Shown here one piece after another: positions 50,440 to 61,779 of a stretch of DNA of 64,000 nt. The DNA comes from Dicyema japonicum. Its lineage: Eukaryota; Animalia; Dicyemida. Both the position numbers and the translations under genes were made by a program. The notes beneath the pieces are model-generated. The model was not told the origin of the DNA, made no database searches, and saw only the letters and a program-made list of their open reading frames with translations. The first letter of the stretch is position 1. Each line of letters begins with the position of its first letter. Location: contig RDEW01000001.1 in assembly GCA_011109175.1 (NCBI GenBank), forward strand, positions 446,395 to 510,394, read 5' to 3'.

Positions 50440-51500
50440 TGGAGCAACACACATTATACTAAAGAGACTGGATATGACATGCTCTTCATGTGGTTGTGGA
50501 AATGCACGCAAATATGGGCTTTTATGCTGTCTTGTGGGGACTTTTCCACCTCGGATGTGTAAAGATGTCTCAGCAAACAGAATGCTCGCTCTACCTCAAT
50601 GATGTGGACTTCTCTTCTTGTCGGATCTAAGGAAAGCCATGAAGACTCCAATCAAAATCCAAAAACCCGTCCGGATCCCTACAGCTACATGTTTGGCCTC
50701 TGCAATTGAAGATGCTTTCACGTCCTACGACCAAGAGGCCTGGCTAAAATTCCTCAGTTTCGTCCCACTGGTACTCGGAATTCTATTTATCGATTCAAAA
50801 AAAGATCAACGGAACACAAGAGAAAGAACGACACTCGGGAACTCCCTTTCCTCGAAAATGAAGAACATCCAGGTTTTCAATACACATTGTCTCACCAAGA
50901 GGGAAGATGTCCTGAAACCAAAACACCCTGATGCCAATCCTCCGTTTTTTGAGTGGCCCGGACAAACTCCGAGAAAGAGTAAATCGTAAGCTTTTTGAAG
51001 GCGACGTCCGAGCGCCGTTGCGCGTGTTGCCAGCGACTATATAGTCTTGACCTGCGACGCCTGAAGTGCTCGAACAGCTCAGACAAAAAACATCCATTCC
51101 CCCGGCAGATTACCGCCCATTCGTGCTCCCGGGAAATGTGCCAAGGACGACCGTCACAGGAGGCGAAGTGTGTTGTGGCATTTCGTCGTTTGCTGTGAGT
51201 AGCAATGAAGGTCTTGATGGCCCGGTCACATCAAGGATCTCACGACTGGGGCTACTGCAGAAGCTTGCTGCAACCTTGTTAATCAATTACAAAACTGGTT
51301 ATACTTATTTTGAACGAAAATATTCCCCCTCAGCAAGGGAGCTTCTTTTCAGCGCATATCTACTGGCCTTCAAAAAACCCGAAGTTGGGGTCCGCCCTAT
51401 TTCAGAAAGCTGACAGCCAAAATCACATGCAGTATTGTCTGTCTAAGAATATCTGAAAAATTATCCTCCTCCAACTAGGGAGTCGGTTTAAAGAACGGAC
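50440..51500 (+). mobile_element. CRE-clade element, N-terminal part to RT start, decayed
   Basis: Cys-rich finger remnant, RIP...LASAIEDAF...WLKFLSF, GLDG, FSAYLLAFKKPEVGVRPI. Confidence 0.7.
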
Positions 51501-52544
51501 TCTCGTTTCGATTATGAATTTGTTCGGAATCAGACAGACACGTGGCAGTGTGTGTCCCATGCTCTTCTATGGATGAATCGCAGATTGTGACGCACGGAGG
51601 AAACCAGATGACTCCTAGAACGCGATAAAAATTAAGAAATGACACTGGTTTATTGTTTGCTTAATGAGAATGAGACATCATCACAAACTATGGACTTCTT
51701 TTGACAAAACTGAACTCAGTGGTCCCCGTCGGATCGTTTATTTCTTCACGAGCTACGAATACCTAGGTATAGAATATCCCTAAGAAGGGAAGTCTATTTT
51801 AAATCAAAAAAATTATAGGCCGATTAGCTTTATTTGTAATATTTCAAACTTGAAATATAGAAAAAATGATTTCGATTGATTATCAAAATATATTTAAGAC
51901 GAACAGTTTCTTCTGGAGGATCAGTGATGTTACCACTGTTATGAAGGGATGCACTATAAAACTGGAGGAGCATTCGTTCAGTTTTGTGACTGAAAGATTC
52001 GACACCCTTCAAATTCATCTCTTGGGAGATAAAGTCTTTGTTTAACGCAAGTGCATGTAGTTGTCCCTAAGAATTTGGCTGATATTTTGTCGACATGTTA
52101 AAATTTTTCAATTCAATGTTGAAAGTGCATATTGCTATAAAAAAGTTTACCGAGTTTAAATTTTTGATTGGCGCAAATGTTTTTTCTTAGATCTTCATAA
52201 TTTCTCTAAAAAATTTTTATTCTAAAACTGTAATTATTCGATCTTGTTACTTTCGTAATACATTTTACTTTAGTCTCTAATGAATTGATGGGTAAATGTC
52301 GGTAAAAGAGAGTTGTTTGTTATGAGTTCTATGTGACAAATAAAAATTATGTTGTAGTGAATAACTCCAGATGACAGTCTTTATTAAAGCTTTGTTGATT
52401 TGGATTTTTAGAAGGTAAAAGTTATGATGGATGAAGGGAATAATAATAAGTTTAATATTGAACTTTAATGTTATGACGATATAAATGAATTATTACAAAA
52501 ATATAATGCGTTAAGTATATTATTCAGTAATTAAAAGTATTGGC

Positions 52545-54497
52545 ATGTGGGGTATAATATTGATTGTGGGTTCAATGATTAAAATCTTAAATAATGGTTA
52601 CGATTTAATTATTTTAGTTGTTTGCTTCGATCATAGTGGCAAAGAAAAACTTAATGTTACTTGTAATAATGTGTAAATAATTCAGGTTTCAACGAAACTT
52701 TGAAATCCGTTTTATTATATGGGAAGAATATTGATGGACTGAAAGAAATTTTGTTGTCAGAGGTTGAATGATAAATTATTAGTAGAATTTAAAAAATGTA
52801 AAAAATCAACAAATTGGTTTAAAAACAAGTAATTTTTTGAATGACCACAATAACATCAATTTATACAAAGCCAATTGTATTTTACTGCATTTTTATGAAA
52901 TAACTGAAAGGTTTATAGTCGAATTCAAAGAATCTGTGAAATCATTTATGAATAATGAAATCCTATCAAAGGAATGTTTACTCAATATTTATGGTATTTG
53001 TTTTATGTATTATTAGATATATTTCAATCCGTCAATGTAATTGTCTAATTTACTTTAGTTTACTAATTCTGTCAAGATGATTGATCATAACATTGAGTCT
53101 GCCAAGAAAATACCCGATGACCACAAAATACAGTAGTTTTAATGTAATTTAGTTTATTTAATACTTTGACGAACATTAATGATGAAATACTAAATTTTGA
53201 ATATAGGGGAGATTCACTAACGATTGTTGATTTCGTTACTACAGATTCTTCAGTGGAAACATCAGTCTATGGAAATGTTATAAAAATAGAGTATTATACT
53301 AAAATAACATCACACGGTTGATCATATCATCTAATATTAGTGAGAGTTGTCACTGTACAATCTCAGGATGACATTTTCAAACAACTCTCACAACCGAAAA
53401 ATAAAGTAGATAATATTATAACCGACGTTACCTCCCTTAGTCTTAATACTTCCGCATTAATTACAATAAAATTTGCAATTCGACAAAAAAATAAAAGAGT
53501 ACATTACCTAACTTATATTAGGACAAACTCCAATGTATTTCTATTGGGCACATTGGAGATGATGTAATAGACGAAGGACTGCCAACTTTAAAGGATGGAA
53601 TGGCCACTTGTGTGTTTGACCATAACACTTCATTTGCTGTTTTATTTGTAAGACTTTATGTTACAAAAGAATCCTGATTTCGAATACAGTATCGACCACC
53701 CAGTGTCGTATGTTGTAATTATTGGAATGTCAATATCCTCAATCTCGATTATAATCTCAATTCTAATGTTTTTAAGACAACTCAAGTTTATCAAATTTTA
53801 AATTTTCAGAGTTCTAGTAAAATCAAATTTTCAGGTCATTTTGTTAAATCTTGAAATTTCCATGCTGCTGTTTTACATAACTTTTAGTTTGGGAATAATT
53901 TATCCCAAAAAGAAATCATATTTGGAGTGTTCATTTGTAGGAATGTTACTCCACTTTGAAATTCTGTCACAATTTATGTGGATGCTGACCGAGTCGGTCG
54001 TTCATTATCTAAAATTTGCAAAAGTCTTGGGAACTTGTAGTCATTTCATAGCAAAGTCGATGCTACTGAGTTGGGGTTGATTATTTTGTTTATTTTCTGG
54101 ATTGCCACTGCTCGTTAGTCTGTCAATATTACTTGTTAATAAAAGTAATTACCATTCGAATGGAAGATGCTTAATTTCAGGAATTGAGTTGAAATTGACG
54201 TTGATAGCCCCAGTTGTCGTCATCGTTCTTATCAATGTTGTTTTGTTTGCACTCATCTTTAAAACTTTAAAAAGTATAAAACATATTTCAAAAACCAAAT
54301 CAATTGAAAATAGAATTTTGATCTTTCTTTTTATATTTTCAGGTTTTTGTCGATTAATTTAAGGAATTCCCTGGATTCTTATCTTTTTTACCAAATTTGA
54401 CGAATCCAAAGTAGTTGATTATATTTTAAATATATTTATTTGTCCTCAAGGAATATTCGCTCTAATTCTAAACTTTTGTAATCGTCCTTCTAAATGA
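52545..54497 (+). CDS. Compact adhesion-type (class B2) GPCR with GAIN/GPS and 7TM, ~560 aa
   Basis: GPS-like CVFDHNTSFAVL; TM motifs C.FVGMLLHF.ILSQFMWMLTES, SWGLP, IAPVVVIVLIN, GIPW, PQGIF. 12 introns of 20-24 nt give 1683 nt; first intron optional and intron 54076-54099 ends in TG. 5' exons are less certain than the 7TM part. Confidence 0.85.
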
Positions 54498-55319
54498 CTT
54501 ACAATTTCATTTCTTATTATTTAATTACTAATAATAGTTGTAAAGGTCATCAAACAGCCAAACACGTTGAAAGGCTATTTCTGCGAATGTGACAATGGGA
54601 ACTTTTTGCGTATAATAATAAATTAAAAATAATCCTCATGTTCTATAGGGGCACAAAGATCCTATTATTGCTAACAACCAACTATTAATGTTCTGTTCAA
54701 TACGAATAATGCAATGACGGAATACTGTGTCATTCTGCCGCTCCTTTGAAATAAATCCATAATAAATATTAATAACAAAAATTTTCATTTGCGATCATCA
54801 CGATCATAAAAGATTTGAGTAAACCAGAATGGATCGAACTCTTCTATAATTCGCAAGAACAGAACAGAAGACAAGATATATTTTTTCAATAGGATGTATT
54901 TTACATCAGTTGTAGCGAGTCTCGATTGACATGACTTTAATTTTACAAAATTTATCTGATCGGCCTAAACTTTTATTTTTTAACAAACACAATAAAACAC
55001 GAAACAGCAATTCATTTCTATATTTATATATGACAGGTTATAGAAAATGTAAACAATTATAATATATACTTGTGGTTAATATGTTGGTTAAGGATAATAA
55101 TTGCAATATTAAATCAATAATAGCTTAATTGTTGAAAAGTCATTTTACATCTGTTAACAAGATAACTAAAATATATTTTCTGCAATCTAAAAACCAAAGG
55201 TACAAGAAAGTATTTGTAATAAGCCATTTGAACTTGTAAAATATTGATTGTTATGTCATAATATTATTTCCAATACTTTATTGACACGAACATCTCCAAA
55301 TCAATCAGGTCAAGAAAGT

Positions 55320-55520
55320 TATAATAACACCAGCTCTTAAGAAATTCATAATACCTACGAATAAGAACACGTGCTTTATTTTAGAGTAAAGAACAATTAT
55401 CTCAACTAATCGTTGAAAAGGATCCAATGAATATTGTTTATTTTTTTGTCTCTGTAGACAATTCGGTTCAGCAGTGAGATGTTCACTGATGACAGAGTCA
55501 TTCGTTAAAATGAGTGGAAA
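55320..55520 (-). mobile_element. tRNA-derived SINE, copy 3, truncated and decayed
   Basis: Aligns by eye to 43323-43530 (TAAAGAACA, AACTAATCGT, TAGACAAT, GCAGTGAG, CACTGATGAC). Confidence 0.7.
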
Positions 55521-55761
55521 CTTCTATATTATATATAAAATATTCCATCACATCACGATACCTAATCTAGATACAACTACCATTAAATTTTAATTAAAAA
55601 ATAAATAATACTTAAATTTTCAGATTTTATATTAATTTTATTTAAATTAATAATATTTTTGTTGGTTAACCTAAAAATAAATAGCTTTTCAAACATGGTT
55701 TAATAGGCCGGTTATTTGTCACTGATAATCAGAATTATTTACTGTTTTTGTTGTAATAAAA

Positions 55762-56583
55762 ATGCTCAGTGATTCCAGCGAGTAAGCATATGATGATTTA
55801 TAACAATATTTTATTAAAAATATTTAAAATGTGAATAAACATGATTTTAGTTCAATTCAGCAGCCAATAAGAGAACTTTCAATCTTCGAACAGTACACAA
55901 TCGACTTTAATTCTATTTTTGGAGGTAATTTAACTTAGATTTAGTTTATATTTTGTTTCTCAATCTAAACTTACATAGATAAACGTTTATCGGAAAAAAA
56001 TGATGAAAAATTGGACCAGTCTTATCAAAACTTAAACAAAACTATAATGATGTTATTGGAATCTAAGCCGGAGGTATGATCGCGTACCAATTAAATATGC
56101 TTATTAGTACTGTGCTGTTCATTTCCGGTTAATTATAATCCGATTTTCTTTACTTTATCAACTTACAATTATGGTAGAAATTTGATGGAAATCAATATTC
56201 AGATCAGAATTGTTCTAATACTCACGTTTCCAATGATAGTGACGTCATTGATGACGATATTGTACCTCGTATTCTCCCTTTGTAATTCTTTTGCCTGATG
56301 TGATAGATACAGCTATATACATTTGGAGTTTTCGGTCTACTGCGTTAGTTCGACACTCAAAAGAAGACATTCACATTCTTCCTCACAAAAGAATAGGTCC
56401 AATTCTAAGTCTTCGGTATTACCTTTCTCCCACTAATAGCTAAAAGGTCAAATCCCCAAAACAGAATCTTTGAAGAATAATAGAATGCTGGGAAAATGCC
56501 GAAAAGTCTATGGAGTAGGGAGAAGGGATGCCTGGTGTAATCAGTGCAAGTGGAAGAAGGCGTGCTCACGTTTTGATCAATAA
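55762..56583 (+). CDS. Small C-clamp protein related to ZNF395/ZNF704/SLC2A4RG, ~181 aa in the best model
   Basis: Last exon encodes [27 protein letters not shown] (C-x12-C-x2-C-x5-C). Model introns 55782-55850, 55925-55978, 56074-56177, 56282-56306, 56416-56439. C-terminal exon solid, upstream exons tentative. Confidence 0.75.
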
Positions 56584-57068
56584 TATTATTTTACAAAAAT
56601 ATTTAGATTTAATTATTTTACAAGATTAAGTGTAATATTGTATTAAAGTTAGTTAAATCGGATTAATGCGTACTATTTGTTCTAATTACATTGATTACGT
56701 CAAACCAATGATGAATTCTTTTATCGATTAATAATGAAACTATAAGAAAATTAACTCTTTTTAGCAGCACCGAATATACCCCATGAACTTAAATACGCCT
56801 CTAATGTTCAAGTAATGTCTTAAGGGATTCATAAACTTGACCACCAAATCTAAAATCAAATTTTCATTTTTGGATTAACAAATTTTTGGAATTCAGCATA
56901 TTTCTTAGACGAGTAAGCCAAGTGGGTAATTATTAGAATATTGAGGTGTGACGTACATCATTTCTTTTGTTTTTATTTTTTCGTAGGTAACGTCAGAAAT
57001 ATTGTAGAAACCTTATTCAGGGGATGAAAATATGTAAAATTGTAAGATTATTGAAAATTAGTAAAATG

Positions 57069-57398
57069 GCAACACAGAAAACGTCACCCTGACCGAACAC
57101 AGTAAGGATTGGCAGATTAATAACTTTTTCTTTATACTGTGGGTACAGGCTCCGTTGTTGGTTGGTGGAGTGATCTCTCTGGTTAATTCCGATAACGGAC
57201 GAGACTAAACCTACCTACTAGTTGTTCAACTTCTTAGAGAGATCAGTGTTTAAAACACTTGAATGTGAGCAATAACAGGTCTGTGATTGCCCTTTGACGT
57301 TCGGGGCTGCACGCAGCTAAGAAAGCATTAGATGTCTTGTTTGGAAAAGTAAGCTAAACCTTAAAATTTTTTTGTGACGGGAATCAAGGCTTGTAATT
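57069..57398 (+). pseudogene. 18S rRNA fragment (3' half), decayed and dispersed
   Basis: GGATTGGCAGATT, GTTGGTGGAGTGAT, CTGGTTAATTCCGATAACG, AACTTCTTAGAG, GAGCAATAACAGGTCTGTGAT and GGGGCTGCACGC appear in SSU rRNA order; no further rDNA on either side. Confidence 0.9.
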
Positions 57399-58655
57399 TC
57401 ACGCGACTTGTTGTGGTATTGAAAAAGATTAACTCTACGTAATCCTTCTGAACAAATATATGAGTTAATTTCAAACGTGACACACGAAGACTTCTGATCA
57501 GGATTCCCAAAGATGGCCGTTTATCTGTCGCGAACTGTCTATACGAGTGTATTGAAGGGCAGTCTCTTCGGCCGACTCTAAGGATTGGGTAAGATTATTT
57601 TACTTCGCTCCAAACACAAAATGCATACTCAATAAGAGGGGGAAAGAAGAGAAATCACTCAAGTCAATAGTAAAAGAAAATATCCACACATTATCCACTA
57701 AGAACTTATTTGTTGACTCTTAATGCACAGGTACAGATTCCAAAACTATGAGAAGCAAACATCGATTGTCTCGGACAAACAAAGATTACGAAATGCAATA
57801 CGTCGAAAGCTTTCTGTAGATGGAATCTGTGCGGCCGTACACTTACTATAGTGAAACAGGACTTGTTGATATTGACCCGGATATATGAAATTTAAATATG
57901 AGGATCTCAGATATGAGAGATTTAATAAAAGTTGAACTACTCAAGCTTTTATATCTACTCCGATGTTCACCCTGCTACGAACAATACGACACTCTACTTT
58001 CAATATACAAATCTCTCAAGCAAACTGTTGAGTCACTAATTAACGTCCGCTTCGACGAACTTGGTTGGAAACAATGTAAGCTTCCCTCTGGATTTGTGGT
58101 GTCGGTCTGAGATCGGCGCTGGAGGTTGCGTACCCGACATATCTATCGTCTCTCTCAAGCTGCAGCCATTTGACACGGCAAGTCCTTCATAACACTATTG
58201 GACTTCGCTGGAATGAGTCATTTGACGAAGCTTGTAGGAAATTGAACGGGTCCGGACTCAAAATCCCCGAAGACACAACAAAGAAAAGTAATTGGGATAA
58301 CATTGTCTGCTCCAAAATTTTGGAAGACCTTAAAAAAGAAGCAAATCAACATCGTCTGGCTTGTTTGGTGTCAGCTTCAAGTAGAGGGAGTGGAACATGG
58401 CTTGGTGCAATACCTTGCCCAAACCTCAGGACCTTTCTGGACGACGATTCTTTGAGGATTGGAATCTGAGAAAGGCTGGGACTAGACGTTTGCCAGGAGC
58501 ACCGATGCCGATGCGGGAAAACAGTCGATGCGAAGGGATTGCACCCGCTGTCCTGCAGAAGAAGCGCCGGAAGGGGACCACGTCATGCTGCTCTGAACGA
58601 TGTGATCGTCAGAACTCTGAAGGCTACAGTCTTCTCAGCACAGCTTGAACCAGTT
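57399..58655 (+). mobile_element. CRE-clade element, 5'-truncated and internally deleted
   Basis: [83 protein letters not shown]. Confidence 0.85.
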
Positions 58656-59150
58656 TTGAGGTCACTCGACGAAAAACCAAGCCAACAGCAATAAGGCGAA
58701 CTCCCCCCTCTTATCGAATGCGATTAACTTTGCGGAGAACATGACGTGTCGAATTGCTTCTGGAAAGCATCCTGTTGATTAGTTTGGTGATAGCTAACAC
58801 AAGCCGGACGCCAGAGTTGCTCGTTTTTTGAGCAATGAAGTCTTTGAAGTGTCCCGGGCGGAGCCCATCTAGTCCTCAAGTGCTGTTCGCGAAAAAAGAG
58901 AGAATTACATTTTTACGTCCTCTTCAGAAACAAGTAGATTTGGTAATTGTCCAAGGCAAGGTGAGATCTGCTAGTCATTTGGAGGACTAGGGTTTCACTC
59001 AACGAGCCGCGTAGAAGTGTTCGGATAATTCTGATCTGCAAGAATCTTTACGGCCGCACAGATTCCATCTACAGAAAGCTTTCGAGTTATTGCATTTCGT
59101 AATCTTTGTTTGTTCGAGACAATCGATGTTTGTTTCTCATAGTTTTAAAC
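58655..59150 (-). mobile_element. CRE-clade fragment inverted relative to its neighbour
   Basis: [33 protein letters not shown]; 59049-59146 is the reverse complement of 57742-57839. Confidence 0.8.
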
Positions 59151-59249
59151 AACTATAACCAATCCCACCGATTTCTTTGTGTCTTCCTAACCATGCGCTG
59201 ACTTACTTCAACTTTTTCCAATGAAAAATGTATTTTAATGCTTATCATC

Positions 59250-60170
59250 CTGCATGGTTTTCCTTCAAGAAACCTAATTAACATGGAATGCAAATTCTGC
59301 ATGGAGGACTTAGTTATTCTGAATAATCATGTTCTCATACTCGTTGTGCTCTACGTTTAGATCATCCTAATACTTCCCCTGGTATTTCCCTCTGTTCTCA
59401 AAGTATCGCTCTCGACGCTCAATGGGATGTCCTTTATGATCTCCCAACTAACCACAACCCGAATTACTTCAACCATCAACCTACGAAGAGGGGGATCACA
59501 AAGACGAATATAAACTATAAACTTAGAAAGTGAAATTCTTACAGAAACGAGTGTATTCAAAGACTTTTTTGTGCTTTTTTCCGTTCTTTTGATTCTGCTG
59601 TCGAGTTCTTCACAAAATGTACTGTAATTGCTGCAGACAAAAATTTTATTCCTCGTGGTTTCATAGCTAATAGCGGCCTAATATTTCCTCCTGAATTTAT
59701 TAATATTTTTAAAGAACGCAGGAAAATCGAATATCTCATGCCGTTTGAAATTATGGTTTCCTTGGTCGTTCGTTTATCATGTCAAACTACTCTCATACCG
59801 ATACCTTCCAGACGTCGTTCCTCAAGGTTCGGTACTATCTCCAACCTTGTTTAATTTTCATATAGCAAGCTTGTTTAATTCTCAACAAACCAGGACACAC
59901 ATCTTTCTTATGCCAATGATATCATAACTGTCTCTCGCCACCGCGACGTAACCGTTGCTTTCATGGTCCTGCAAAACATATGTGACAAAATTTATTTTTG
60001 AATATACCAAAATCCCCTCACCCCTTCAAACAAAAAGTCACCAATAACGCTTTTCACTACAGACCGTCGTCAATTCAGCTTGAAACCAACGTTATTTATG
60101 AACAACGTTCTCCTTTCTGTGGTTAAAAACTCTGAAATTGTGGGATATATACTATGGAGAGATTGTAGGA
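59250..60170 (+). mobile_element. Ingi/Vingi-like element, decayed
   Basis: NAYHPAW, TSPGISL, VPQGSVLSPTLFNFHI and YANDII remnants. Confidence 0.65.
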
Positions 60171-61089
60171 TATACAGTGGAGTAAAGGTTGTATTTTAAT
60201 CTAAATCTTTTAAAGTTTGACGATCAAGGTCGGGATCAATAAATTTTTCGAATCGTAAACTTAAAAGTGAAAAAAATCTTAAGAAATTAAGAGTTGCTAA
60301 TTCTTGAAAATCTAAAAAAGTGACTAATTCCTAAATTTTTAGTAAAATTAAAAAAAATCAAATTTGTGTACGATCTGAAAGTCTTTTACTTTTTACGTGA
60401 AGGAATTCTGGGACGCCTGTCTCAGCGATGTACTTCCTACATGTTGGAAAGAGGGGGTTGATAACTTAATATGTACCCTCAGGGTTAACATGAAACGTAT
60501 TTTAGCATCCTATTGCACTCTATATAAACTTATCGGTGATCCTGCCGAGTTGAGTTTACACTTTAATCAAAAGAACGAACGGTGTAACATAAATCAACTT
60601 TGCGAAATACAGATGGGTTAAATAGAACCCTCAATGATCCATCCTTTTCTTTACAGCAAATATGCGAGAAATATGTATTAACGGAAATTTACGGTAAAAA
60701 CCAAGACACTAGCAAAAATTAATTAGAGTAATTTAGATTTTCGAGAAGATAGTAAATTCGTTAATTATCTATGTTTTTCGTGTTATCAGACAAAAAATGA
60801 CAGTGGCAGTGTGATAGTCAAATCCACAGCTAAATAAGGTGAATGACAGTATATCAACTACGTTATCTGGTCCTAATTGAAGTATAATAATGTAGTTTCT
60901 ACAATCTTTGATGGGGGCTACCCATGGTTCTAATTAATGGAGACATAAGAATTTGCATAGTTTTAAAACTTTTAAGTGGTACATCCAGGAAAGAAAAAGA
61001 AATTGAGTTATCTTTTATAGAACTTACAATCTGCCTGTAAAAAATTTTTGTTTCCAAAGATAATTGATTTCAAATTTCTTCAAACATAA

Positions 61090-61660
61090 AAGCCGCTTGT
61101 TGTCCATTGCTGCACAACCGTTTCACCACGGAATCGAGACTCAATCCGAGGCAGGAAAATAAGATTGAGTTGACAAAAGCACGGCAGCTTGCGAGGGACG
61201 ACAGGTAGCATGGAGTGACCAAATGGCAGAAGAAATCACACCAAACCTTATAGGAAGCTTTTTTTGGGACCAGCCAGTGCTGTAAAATCTGATATTGAGG
61301 ATTTCTTCAGTCATCTGATGAGATCTTCCAGAGTTTAAAGTCTTTCTTGCATGAGTCGGAACGAGACATGAGTCGGAAAGAGTAGACCTTTCTCCTCATA
61401 AACTTTTCCACCCAGGACAAGAATAGAAGTCATCCAAGGAGAACCGTACCTCGCATCAGAAAAGAAGGACTCAGGCTTTTTCGACAATAGAAAACTCGTC
61501 TGGCTTGAAAGCTAACATTTATGATTTCTCTTCCGCATATTAACTTGCAGATCGAGTTCTCACAACGGGAATAGCGATTTCCAGAGAGTCGATAATCGAG
61601 GCATCTCCACCAATCGTTCCGTCGTCGGCGTACCAAATATTAAGAGAGGCCGATATCTTT
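61090..61660 (-). mobile_element. CRE-clade RT fragment
   Basis: WYADDGTIGG, LPIRFG and YLSSLASC remnants. Confidence 0.7.
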
Positions 61661-61779
61661 TGAATAAAGTGGTAAATGGAGTGTATTAAGTTGTTTAACA
61701 CCAAGCAGATTCGACAATGTGATCTCCAAAGACAAGGGAACTCTCAAATCCAAATTTATTAATGAATTTAGTTAATTAT

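Noticed and set aside
57069-57398. Functional rDNA unit
   Set aside because: Only ~330 bp, substitutions in normally invariant positions, and no ITS, 5.8S or 28S.
60397-60621. 74-aa ORF of ordinary composition
   Set aside because: No recognisable motif or splice extension; cannot distinguish from a decayed element.
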